DNA of 64,000 bases from a virus (lineage: Duplodnaviria > Caudoviricetes): positions 1 through 64,000 of the IMG/VR virus record IMGVR_UViG_3300025676_000004; one strand, given 5' to 3'. The number at the start of each line of letters is the position of its first letter. Position 1 is the stretch's first letter. The position numbers and the translations under genes are program-made. The notes below the pieces were generated by a model that saw only the letters and a program-made list of their open reading frames with translations, ran no database searches and was not told where the DNA came from. Below are positions 7,782 through 16,554 of this stretch, piece after piece.

Positions 7782-8389
7782 CAGGATATAATGCTTTCTG
7801 CATTTATCTTGGACTGAAGTTACACTTCACGAAGGAATCTTACGACTACATTAAGTTCAACGGTAAAACGAAGGCAAATGTAAAAACCTACAACAATCGA
7901 AAAGACAGACACTTTTTCGATAGACTGGCAAAGACACAGAAGAAAGATGTCTTTGGTTTTTTGGTTGCCAATTTTGTTGCAAGAGGTGATTTTTGGGTGG
8001 GTGATATCTTCGATGATGATGCAGAGAGAATATTCACAGAATGGAAGAAACGCCTGCAATCACTCACTATGGTATTTTCTGAAGACATCAATAAAATCAT
8101 CAAAGAAATGTTAAATTCTGAAATGAATTTTGACGATATATTTATATCAGAGAATGGCAGACATCCATTGCTAATGAAAATGGTCTTGCGTGAAGATATC
8201 GCCATTGAATCTTTTATTATAATGAATAAGTTTCTAGGGTTCGACCGACAATTCGACAAAGATATGGAAGATGATTTGCTTTGGGAAGAATTGCGAATCA
8301 AGTGTCTAAAGTATGAACCATTTGTGGCGATAAAAGACACAACAAAACATCGTAAAATTTTACTAAATAAATTGGAAGAAAGTATTTGA
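7778..8389 (+). CDS. gp59: Helicase loader gp59
   Basis: YLGLKLHFTKESYDYIKFNGK...RKDRHFF motif; synteny. Confidence 0.92.
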   Translation: MTGYNAFCIYLGLKLHFTKESYDYIKFNGKTKANVKTYNNRKDRHFFDRLAKTQKKDVFGFLVANFVARGDFWVGDIFDDDAERIFTEWKKRLQSLTMVFSEDINKIIKEMLNSEMNFDDIFISENGRHPLLMKMVLREDIAIESFIIMNKFLGFDRQFDKDMEDDLLWEELRIKCLKYEPFVAIKDTTKHRKILLNKLEESI

Positions 8390-8413
8390 CTTTCCTCTAA
8401 TATACCGTATACT
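8386..8413 (+). promoter_or_regulatory. Sigma70-like promoter for gp32
   Basis: TTGACT (8386-8391), 16-nt spacer, TATACT (8408-8413). Confidence 0.6.
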
Positions 8414-8461
8414 ACTAGTAATAAGTCGTACACTTCGTACACAACACAAGGAGAAAATACT

Positions 8462-9358
8462 ATGGGATTTTCAGATTTTAAAAAGAACTCAACAGGCGGG
8501 TTCGACAAACTAACGGATGCAATGAACAAACTTTCAAAGGGTTCAGAATCATATAAAGATGATAGGTTCTGGCGTCCAGAACTAGACAAGTCAAGTAACG
8601 GTTATGCTGTTATTCGATTCTTGCCAGCAGTAGATGGAGAAGATGTACCGTGGGCAAGATTGTTCAATCACGGTTTCAAAGGACCTGGTGGTTGGTTGAT
8701 TGATAATTGTCCAACAACAATTGGTGGTAAGTGTCCAATATGTGAAGCAAATGGTCTTCTATGGAACAGTGGAATAGATTCCGACAAGGACATTGCACGA
8801 AACCGTAAACGAAAGTTGTCATACATTTCAAATATTATGGTTGTGAGTGACCCTGCTAATCCACAAAACGAAGGTAAGATTTTCCTTTACAAATTCGGTA
8901 AGAAGATTTTTGATAAAATCAACGAAGCAATGAATCCAGAGTTTGAAGATGAAACTCCAGTGAATCCTTTTGATTTCTGGGAAGGTGCAAACTTTAAATT
9001 GAAGGTTCGTAAGGTTGCAGGATTTATCAATTATGATAAGAGTGAATTTGAATCCGCAAGTGCATTGCTTGATGGTAACGATGAAGCATTAGAAGCATTG
9101 TGGAAAACACAATACTCTCTTTCAGAGTTTACTGAGAAGACAAACTTCAAGAGTTATGATGACCTTGCTAATCGTCTGAGTCAAGTTACAGGTGGTGGAA
9201 GTGCTTCTGCATCTGTCCGTGCAGAAGATGTAAATTCTGTATCCCCACCCAAGTCTGAAGATAATTCATCGTCTTCAGCAGTCGATGCTCCCTCAGTGGA
9301 TGATGCGGATTCCGGCGATGCCCTCTCGTACTTTGAGAAGTTGGCAAACGAAGGTTGA
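8462..9358 (+). CDS. gp32: Single-stranded DNA-binding protein gp32
   Basis: DDRFW..GYAVIRFLPA, CPTTIGGKCPICE, YKFGKKIFDKI, FDFWEGANFKLK motifs; acidic tail. Confidence 0.97.
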   Translation: MGFSDFKKNSTGGFDKLTDAMNKLSKGSESYKDDRFWRPELDKSSNGYAVIRFLPAVDGEDVPWARLFNHGFKGPGGWLIDNCPTTIGGKCPICEANGLLWNSGIDSDKDIARNRKRKLSYISNIMVVSDPANPQNEGKIFLYKFGKKIFDKINEAMNPEFEDETPVNPFDFWEGANFKLKVRKVAGFINYDKSEFESASALLDGNDEALEALWKTQYSLSEFTEKTNFKSYDDLANRLSQVTGGGSASASVRAEDVNSVSPPKSEDNSSSSAVDAPSVDDADSGDALSYFEKLANEG

Positions 9359-9382
9359 TTTTTAATTAAACCTAGATGAAGG

Positions 9383-9414
9383 AAGGGGACACATTAATTT
9401 GTGTCCCCTTTTTT
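9383..9414 (+). terminator. Rho-independent terminator after gp32
   Basis: AAGGGGACAC...GTGTCCCCTT stem followed by a T-tract, between convergent genes. Confidence 0.9.
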
Positions 9415-9415
9415 A

Positions 9416-12046
9416 TTAGAATCTTCGGTTTCGTAAAGAGTTTAGACTGCTATCCGTGTTTCTCGTATTTATTGGCATTATCATACTCTGATTATTATTT
9501 ACTACATTATTAGATTGTATTGGTGTGTTAATTGTTTGTGCTTGCGATGCAGACCCTGAAGAATTTCTCAATGCATTGTTGATGTCTTGATTTGAATTGA
9601 ATACCAATCCTATACCACCCGCACTATCAAGTTCCGTCATTGATGATGACAATTGACTGATAGCATCCGCAAGTTTACTTACTGCTTTTGATTTTGCATC
9701 TAATGCCTTTTCTGGAATCATACTAATTCCATCCATAAACACAGAGAAAGCATCAACAGAAACATCAGCATTTTGGAATGTTAGAATTGCCATCATACCT
9801 GCGGTAAGTTCACCAATTGCTGGACCAATCGTTGCGAATTGCGGACCCATACCTGCAATTTCTTGTAATACTTCAAGAGGTCCTTTAGTTTCTTCGGATT
9901 CAATTCCAAGTAAACTTCCAAACCAACCAGAAACTTTCTTCATTCCCCCACCAATTAAATCACCCAAACCTGCTAATGCGCCAGGTTTGTTTGTCATAAA
10001 GGCAGTTACTGCACCTGCAAGTCCAGAAACCACACCAATAGTTTCGTGGATGCTATCACCGTCAATTTCAACTGCACCGAATGCTTGAATACCATCTATT
10101 AAACTGTAAATGCCTTTTGCACCTTCTTCAATTCCTGCACCAATTGCACCGAATGAAGTTAATGCACCAAGAACATCCATTGGACTTGCGGATGGTTCAC
10201 CACCAAACCAACCAGATACCCAATCTCCAACAGAACCAATAACATTACCAACACTTGATGCAACACCACCCACAACTTCTAATGCCATAAATGCGGCAAG
10301 TGCTATTGTAACTGCACCAATACCTGCGGCGGCGAGGAGTAATCCGCCTGAGGGAGCATGTGCAAGTTCAATAAATTTGTCTATTATTCTTGTGAGTGTA
10401 TCACCGACTGCACCTATAATTAATCCAATACCTTCTGCAACAATTTTAAATCCTCTTGCAAACGGTTCGGCCGCATCTGCGAATAGAGTCATAGCATATG
10501 CAAATGGGATTAATGCCACACCGAGTGCGGCAATAGCCAGAGAACCTGCAAGTATAAGTGGAATCACTAAACCCATCGCTGCCGCTACAACTGCAAATGC
10601 GGCCAATGCTCCAAGTCCGATGAATACATCTTTCCAAGAAACACCTGCAAACATTCCTATCGCAAATGCAAACGGAATTAGTGCTACACCAAGTGCGGCA
10701 ATTGCCAACGCACCCATTAACATTTGTGTTGCAAACATTCCCATAACACCTGCGGCAACAGCAAATGCTACCAACGCCCCTGCACCAATAAATACTTGTT
10801 TAAAATCGATACCTGTAAATTGTTTTAAACCAAACGCAAATGGTACAAGTGCAATACCAAGAAGTCCTATAGCAATAATACCTTTAAATACTTTTGCATT
10901 TCCAAACGCACCAATACCTTTTGCAAGTCCAGTGAGTAATCCCTGAATACCTTTACCGAGTGCTTTACCTGTTGCGGCGAGGATTTTGAGGAATCCACCA
11001 CCACCACCACCTTCTTTGTCACCTTTATCATCACCCCCAAGTGCGGCGATAAGTTCATCGTGTCGTACTTCTTCTGCTCTTGCTTCTTCCCCTGCTTCTT
11101 CTTTTCCATCATCATCAGCCATCGTATCAAGAAGGTCGTGAAGATAGCCTGGACTTCTAACACCCAAACCATCAATGATGTTTTGATTCATTTCACGGAG
11201 AACATCAGTTTGTGCATTTAATTGAGCAGACTCAACATCACCCTCAGATATTTCATCACCATAATAATCAACCCCACCAGACATCTGTGCAAGTTTTGCT
11301 TGATAATTATCAGATTCATTTACTGCATCTTGCTGTTGTGCTTGCTCTACTCTACCTGTGGTAATTGCGGTTGCTTCTTTTCTTTCTCTTCGTCTGCGAA
11401 TTAAAGAACCCGCAAATTTACCCATAATACCACCACCAAGAACATTTTCTGCCATCTTATCTAAAGATGGCAAGGTATCCATTATAGCACCTTTAAGTAT
11501 TCCTTGGGCACTCGCTATAGATTCCATTCCATTTTGAACGGTATCTGTCATATATTCAAGACGAGCCTTTTCGTCATCATTTAAATTAGACGAAGCATCA
11601 CGAATTGCAAGCATTTCACTGCGAATCTTTGTTGCTTGTTCTTGGTCGGCACTCATCAATTCATTTGATAGTTCCAACAATCTAGTTTCTAATGATTTTG
11701 CAACTTCACTTACAGGTTCTTTGAATGCATCAATACCGTCTCGCATCGAACGAATATTATTCTCTGCAAAGGTATTGATGTCATAGGACACTCTATCTGC
11801 CCATTTTTGAGTTGCTCTAAATGATGAATTTAAAGATTTGGAAAATCCACTCAAAGAATCTCTACGAGAATCCATAAAGTTCTCAAGAGATTTGGTCATC
11901 CCCATCGCTGACTGAGCAACCTTCTCTAATGAACTAACAGAAAACCCTCTAAAAATATTTTGAAGGTCTGTTGCGGCATCATCGAACTTTGATAATCCCT
12001 TATCAAACTTCTTTATAATGTTATCCATTCTTTTTTCGTCAGCCAT
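9416..12046 (-). CDS. Tail tape measure protein (gp29 equivalent)
   Basis: 876 aa, helical Ala/Gly-rich with repeated hydrophobic segments (AIAALGVALIPFA twice); lies directly after gp26/gp51. Confidence 0.8.
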   Translation of the reverse strand: MADEKRMDNIIKKFDKGLSKFDDAATDLQNIFRGFSVSSLEKVAQSAMGMTKSLENFMDSRRDSLSGFSKSLNSSFRATQKWADRVSYDINTFAENNIRSMRDGIDAFKEPVSEVAKSLETRLLELSNELMSADQEQATKIRSEMLAIRDASSNLNDDEKARLEYMTDTVQNGMESIASAQGILKGAIMDTLPSLDKMAENVLGGGIMGKFAGSLIRRRRERKEATAITTGRVEQAQQQDAVNESDNYQAKLAQMSGGVDYYGDEISEGDVESAQLNAQTDVLREMNQNIIDGLGVRSPGYLHDLLDTMADDDGKEEAGEEARAEEVRHDELIAALGGDDKGDKEGGGGGGFLKILAATGKALGKGIQGLLTGLAKGIGAFGNAKVFKGIIAIGLLGIALVPFAFGLKQFTGIDFKQVFIGAGALVAFAVAAGVMGMFATQMLMGALAIAALGVALIPFAFAIGMFAGVSWKDVFIGLGALAAFAVVAAAMGLVIPLILAGSLAIAALGVALIPFAYAMTLFADAAEPFARGFKIVAEGIGLIIGAVGDTLTRIIDKFIELAHAPSGGLLLAAAGIGAVTIALAAFMALEVVGGVASSVGNVIGSVGDWVSGWFGGEPSASPMDVLGALTSFGAIGAGIEEGAKGIYSLIDGIQAFGAVEIDGDSIHETIGVVSGLAGAVTAFMTNKPGALAGLGDLIGGGMKKVSGWFGSLLGIESEETKGPLEVLQEIAGMGPQFATIGPAIGELTAGMMAILTFQNADVSVDAFSVFMDGISMIPEKALDAKSKAVSKLADAISQLSSSMTELDSAGGIGLVFNSNQDINNALRNSSGSASQAQTINTPIQSNNVVNNNQSMIMPINTRNTDSSLNSLRNRRF

Positions 12047-12054
12047 TTATTTTC

Positions 12055-12216
12055 CTATCGCCTTTGTGATTGTTCTTTCTGAATCCTTGCGTTTTCCTCT
12101 TCGACATAATTATTCAAAAGCATCACATATAAATCCCTCTCCCAAGGCATCATTTCTTCTACCTCACTCAAACTCCACCCATGATGTTGCATCATTGCGA
12201 AGTTCGTTTTTATCAT
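12055..12216 (-). CDS. gp51: Baseplate hub assembly protein gp51-like (missing from the ORF track)
   Basis: MIKTNFAMMQHHGWSLSEVEEMMPWERDLYVMLLNNYVEEEN..., 53 aa; the frame stays open upstream to the gp26 slippery site. Confidence 0.88.
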   Translation of the reverse strand: MIKTNFAMMQHHGWSLSEVEEMMPWERDLYVMLLNNYVEEENARIQKEQSQRR

Positions 12217-12221
12217 ATTAG

Positions 12222-12947
12222 TTAGGTTGTTGTGAGAGAGGCAGAGTCGAAAAAATCCTGTAGTCCTGTTAGTTTAATTTTGTTTTTCTTCTTACACTTC
12301 GGGCAAGTAAATTTAATTTCGTGTTGTACTTTTGGCATATTCTCAAAGAATGTAGAAATCTTCTTGAATTGTTCTTGAGGTAACGAATCAATAAATTCAT
12401 CAATTTCATTCCTATCAAAATCATTATAGACTTGTTCTTCGTCATAAATGGAATCAATGCATCGTGTAATAGTATCAAATATAAATTCTGGACTAGATTC
12501 TTCGCCAGGTTTCACATCTTTCATTAAATCTAATGTTGGATATTTCATAACCACACCAACATCACTTGTTAGTTGGATTTTAAATTCTTGTTTCTCTTCT
12601 GGAAATATAACACCAACATCTTTAAGGTCAACCTTTGCATTGAATCCTTCATTACATCCACCACATTTAAGATTTACATTGACAATATCATCAATAGACT
12701 TGATTCTTAATTGTAGGAATAGATATTCAATGTCGAACATTGGAAGGTTATCTACATCAACCTTTCCATCGGTGCAGTTTCCTATGATTTGTTTCATTAC
12801 ATTAGAAACATCTGCTTGTTTACCACTCTCCATTGCCATAAGAAGAAGTTTCTCTTCTTTAACCAAGAATGGTCTATATTTAATTTTCTTCCCTGTTGAG
12901 GGCAACTCCATATCATAGAACGGAGTGTTGATTTTCGGTAACGCCAT
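12222..12947 (-). CDS. gp26: Baseplate hub assembly chaperone gp26
   Basis: MALPKI..LPSTGKKIKYRPFLVKEEKLLL, FDIEYLFLQLR, FFENMPK, CPKC..LTGLQDFF. Confidence 0.93.
   Translation of the reverse strand: MALPKINTPFYDMELPSTGKKIKYRPFLVKEEKLLLMAMESGKQADVSNVMKQIIGNCTDGKVDVDNLPMFDIEYLFLQLRIKSIDDIVNVNLKCGGCNEGFNAKVDLKDVGVIFPEEKQEFKIQLTSDVGVVMKYPTLDLMKDVKPGEESSPEFIFDTITRCIDSIYDEEQVYNDFDRNEIDEFIDSLPQEQFKKISTFFENMPKVQHEIKFTCPKCKKKNKIKLTGLQDFFDSASLTTT
12249..12255 (-). other. Putative -1 programmed ribosomal frameshift site T TTT TTC
   Basis: The minus strand reads CAG GAT TTT TTC GAC, and the -1 frame continues without a stop into gp51. Confidence 0.7.
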
Positions 12948-12963
12948 AATAATCTCCTATTAT

Positions 12964-13638
12964 TTAAAGTTCATCTGCGGGAATTTCTTCCCATTTGCGA
13001 TATGCAAATTCCACAGTTTGTTTGTTATATGTATCTCTTGTTTCGTATCCCAATTCTATGGAACTAATACTTTTGGGATACACTTCTTGAATTCTCACAC
13101 CATAAATTGGTTTAATTTTCGGTTGTTCTTGTTGTTGTGCGGGCGGTGGTGCTTGAGTTACTGCTTGTTGGGATGGATACTGATAAATCTCAATGTCAGA
13201 AATATAGTTATCATAATAATCAAAGTCACCTGTTTTTGTTTTGTATATGATGTCTTGCCAAGCAGTGAATAATTTTCGTAACCACATCTCTGAATCTAAT
13301 CTAAAAGTCAGAGTCAAATCACCAGAAAATAATCGTTCATATACTGTTTCTCTTACTGGACCATTTATTCTATATGGTTGAGTAGATAAACCTGTTCCAG
13401 GCAATGACGCAACTTCACAATTCATCGTTATCAATCTTTTACCGTTAGCACCCGCACCACCTGGTCCTGTACCAAATGGTATTTGTACTGTGTTTGACGG
13501 TGAAGAACCCAATTGCTGTGCGGCCGCTTCATACCCCCTACCCATAATAACCACCTCATATAGAGTTGGTTTAACTATCCCACCTCTGAGGTTGGACATC
13601 ATATCATTTACATTGTTTTTAATTCTTGGTGCTGTCAT
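12964..13638 (-). CDS. Tail-tube-like baseplate tube initiator (gp54/gp19 family)
   Basis: CEVASLPG, LTLTF, FTAWQDII, YYDNY, EVYPKSISSIEL, VEFAYRKW. Confidence 0.75.
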   Translation of the reverse strand: MTAPRIKNNVNDMMSNLRGGIVKPTLYEVVIMGRGYEAAAQQLGSSPSNTVQIPFGTGPGGAGANGKRLITMNCEVASLPGTGLSTQPYRINGPVRETVYERLFSGDLTLTFRLDSEMWLRKLFTAWQDIIYKTKTGDFDYYDNYISDIEIYQYPSQQAVTQAPPPAQQQEQPKIKPIYGVRIQEVYPKSISSIELGYETRDTYNKQTVEFAYRKWEEIPADEL

Positions 13639-14271
13639 TTATGATAGTTCTTCTCTTATTGTCTGTTTCCAAATCCTTTTCTTACCCCGTTTCTTGAATC
13701 GTTCTACTGGTAAATTGATTGCAATTGGCCAGTCGGGTGCTGATATATTTATAAGATTTCCTTGAATTTTATTGATTTTATATCTACGAAAACAGGATTT
13801 GAATATTTTCCACTTCTTATCTCGTTTCATTTTTTCATATGGTAGGATGATACGAGTACCTTTGGTTAGTTTACCGTTATTGGTATATCTCATTAACTCT
13901 AAAAACATTGATAGTCTTCTTTTTGGTGGAATATAATGAAAATTGATACCGAATATAGTATCGCCTTTTCTGTGCATTAATAGTATTAGTGGAAATGAAT
14001 CATAAAAAGGTAATGTGGCCTTGTATTCTGGTTCATTGTAAAAGAAAAAATACAGATTACCTAACAAAAACCTATTTGCTATTCTTGAAGGGTCTGTTAT
14101 AATTTGCTGTCTAATTTGGTTACGGTCACTACTTTTAATTTTTTCATTTACTATGTTCCGAAACCACTTATAATTTTCTACACTATTATTAATACCAGAA
14201 TTGATTCTTTTTCTTATATCATGAAAAGCATCAAATATGCTTGCTTTCTCGAATATTTTACTTTTAGCCAT
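13639..14271 (-). CDS. gp2: DNA end protector protein gp2
   Basis: LYFFFY, LPFYDSFPLI, GINFHYIPP, LPVERF motifs. Confidence 0.88.
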   Translation of the reverse strand: MAKSKIFEKASIFDAFHDIRKRINSGINNSVENYKWFRNIVNEKIKSSDRNQIRQQIITDPSRIANRFLLGNLYFFFYNEPEYKATLPFYDSFPLILLMHRKGDTIFGINFHYIPPKRRLSMFLELMRYTNNGKLTKGTRIILPYEKMKRDKKWKIFKSCFRRYKINKIQGNLINISAPDWPIAINLPVERFKKRGKKRIWKQTIREELS

Positions 14272-14713
14272 TTTTATTTCCTGCGAATAGTGTGTCTTCT
14301 GTTATGATTTGAAATTTCCACCCCCTGTTCTCCGCATATTCTTTTGCGGCATCCCATTTGGCAGAGTTGATTGCCCAAGTCTTTACTTCATTGATAAATC
14401 TTTTAGTTTTCCGTGAAGGTTTGTCTGGTGGTTGGCATTGCTTCTTTGGTTTAATTTCAATTAATCGAGTTTCATTATGACCATTCTTATTTTTGGTTTT
14501 GATAAGAAAATCTACAAAATATCTATGCATTCTACCATCAATAGGTGATTTATATGGTATAAATAATTCCTCAGAACCCCATTCAACAATAGCATCTTTG
14601 ATATCACAAAAAACCATGAACCTGCGTTCCCACAAAGACCTATAAATAATGTTAGTGGGGTCACCCATGTATTTATGAGGATTTTTAGGTCGAAATTTTC
14701 CTTTGTAAGACAT
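14264..14713 (-). CDS. gp4: Head completion nuclease gp4
   Basis: YKGKFRPKNPHKYMGDPTNIIYRSLWER, WGSEE, HRYFVDF, EIKPKKQ, NSAKWDAA. Confidence 0.95.
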   Translation of the reverse strand: MSYKGKFRPKNPHKYMGDPTNIIYRSLWERRFMVFCDIKDAIVEWGSEELFIPYKSPIDGRMHRYFVDFLIKTKNKNGHNETRLIEIKPKKQCQPPDKPSRKTKRFINEVKTWAINSAKWDAAKEYAENRGWKFQIITEDTLFAGNKNG

Positions 14714-14726
14714 ACATAATATGTAG
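14711..14726. promoter_or_regulatory. Divergent late-promoter-like sites
   Basis: CATACATA (+, 14711-14718) and CTACATA (-, 14720-14726); the latter is 6 nt before the gp4 ATG. Confidence 0.55.
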
Positions 14727-14749
14727 CAGAACTTTAGCAGGAGAAATGA

Positions 14750-15709
14750 ATGGCAACCAATTTAATCAAATTCCCGTTAGACTTAGATGAAAATCCAGAA
14801 AATCATCACTATATGGTCTTTAGAATTTATTCAAACTCATCCGCATCGTTGTCGGGTAGTAAGAAATCATCAGGAATTTCTTCCCGACCGAATGCAGAAG
14901 ATGCATTGTTATCTAAATTAGATAATACCAGAGGACAACAACCAGAATATAAAGGCGCCGCTGAACAAAGTAATGATAATTTACTTGAAGAAGTTGGTGG
15001 TGCGTTTGGTAGTGCAGGGGAAGCGGCAAAGGAAGGCGTAAAGTCAGTATTTTCAGATACAACCTATAGTCCTGCAAAGAAAATCAATCAAGATGCAATA
15101 TATCTCCCATTCCCACAAACAATTAATATGAGTGATGGGTGGGATTGGGAATCGGTGTCTTTTCAGTCATCTGCTTTGGGTGAATTATTAAAAGGCAATG
15201 TAGATGAGGCAGCAACAAAAGCAGTAAGTGGGGTCATGGGTAGTGTTTCAAAATTGGCAGGTAATGAAAATGCCGATAGGTTAATAATGCACAAACAACG
15301 AAAAGCAGTAAACCCCAGAAAAGAATCTTTGTTCAATGAACCCGATATGAGAACATTTTCTTTTGAGTTTGACTTTGCTCCACGAAATCAAAAAGAAACA
15401 GATACCGCACAACAAATTATACAACTCTTTAAATATCACGCATCGCCAGAATTATATGATGGTGATAATGCTTTGTATAATTACCCATCAGAATTTCAAA
15501 TTTATTTTGTATCGAATGGAAAAGAAAATAAATATATTGGTAAAATTGACAGGTGTGCTATGACTAGTTGTAGTGTAAACTACACAGGTGCGAATATATG
15601 GTCAGCATTCTCGGAGAATGGCGCACCAACACATCTTAAACTTACAGTTGAACTTACAGAGTTGTCACTTCAATCCAGAAACAACTTGAAACGAATGGAC
15701 GGTGAATGA
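14750..15709 (+). CDS. gp48: Baseplate tail-tube cap gp48
   Basis: IYLPFP, NPRKESLF..MRTFSFEFDFAPRN..E, FKYHASP, YPSEF, VNYT motifs. Confidence 0.85.
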   Translation: MATNLIKFPLDLDENPENHHYMVFRIYSNSSASLSGSKKSSGISSRPNAEDALLSKLDNTRGQQPEYKGAAEQSNDNLLEEVGGAFGSAGEAAKEGVKSVFSDTTYSPAKKINQDAIYLPFPQTINMSDGWDWESVSFQSSALGELLKGNVDEAATKAVSGVMGSVSKLAGNENADRLIMHKQRKAVNPRKESLFNEPDMRTFSFEFDFAPRNQKETDTAQQIIQLFKYHASPELYDGDNALYNYPSEFQIYFVSNGKENKYIGKIDRCAMTSCSVNYTGANIWSAFSENGAPTHLKLTVELTELSLQSRNNLKRMDGE

Positions 15710-16554
15710 TGGCATTTTTTGATAAATTCCCATTAACAAGATATGATATTGACAAGAGTGGTAACACTACAATTTCTGTTGATATTCTTAAAAGAATAAA
15801 TTTTCGTGAAAGTGTTAGAAACGAATCTCATTATTATCAAAATTATACAATAGAAGATGGAGAAACTCCAGAAATTGTTTCTTTTAAGTTTTATGGTGAA
15901 TCGGGATTGCATTGGATATTGTTATTGCTAAATGAAACCATAGACCCATATTTTCAATGGCCATTAAGTAACGATTCTCTTGAAAATTTTAATAAAAAGA
16001 AATATGAAGGCCAAGCATTTTATTTTAGTGGTGATGATTTATACTTTGATAAAAACACAGAGGTATATGTAAGCAGTAGAAGTGGAACGAAACATAAAGA
16101 AATTCGAGGTCTTGTAAAAGAATGGGACGCAACTTACAGAAAATTAGTTCTCTATAATACAGAAGGAACTTTTCTTGTGGGTGATACTGTATCAGGTACA
16201 TCGTCTGTCGGAACTATTAGCAGATTGGTTGATATACATTCGCAAGCAGTGCATCACTTTAAAGATAATAATGGTGATACAATTAACCCATTAGGTACTC
16301 CACCAAACGATGATGGTATTCAAGTAGTTGTTGGTCAGACAGGTGATTCTCCTTACGATGTTACTGCGGCGACATTTGGTAATAGTGTTCTTTGGTCTTA
16401 TGTTACAAGTAATGATGAAAGTATAACAACTCATTCTGTAGTAACCAATCAAACATATGAAAATGATTTAAACGAATCAAAAAGAAGCATCAAGGTATTA
16501 CAAAGAAATCTATTGGATGGTATAATAAATGATTTTGAAAAGGTTATTAAATAA
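15706..16554 (+). CDS. gp53: Baseplate wedge subunit gp53
   Basis: YTIEDGETPEIVSFKFYG..LHWILLLLN..DPYFQWP; YENDLNESKRSIKVL. Confidence 0.92.
   Translation: MMAFFDKFPLTRYDIDKSGNTTISVDILKRINFRESVRNESHYYQNYTIEDGETPEIVSFKFYGESGLHWILLLLNETIDPYFQWPLSNDSLENFNKKKYEGQAFYFSGDDLYFDKNTEVYVSSRSGTKHKEIRGLVKEWDATYRKLVLYNTEGTFLVGDTVSGTSSVGTISRLVDIHSQAVHHFKDNNGDTINPLGTPPNDDGIQVVVGQTGDSPYDVTAATFGNSVLWSYVTSNDESITTHSVVTNQTYENDLNESKRSIKVLQRNLLDGIINDFEKVIK

Noticed and set aside
7888-8589. 233-aa minus-strand ORF
   Set aside because: Antisense to the well-supported gp59 and gp32 genes, with no recognisable motif
10110-10946. 278-aa plus-strand ORF rich in Ala/Pro/Asn/Ile
   Set aside because: Antisense shadow of the Ala/Gly-rich tape measure gene, with no RBS or promoter
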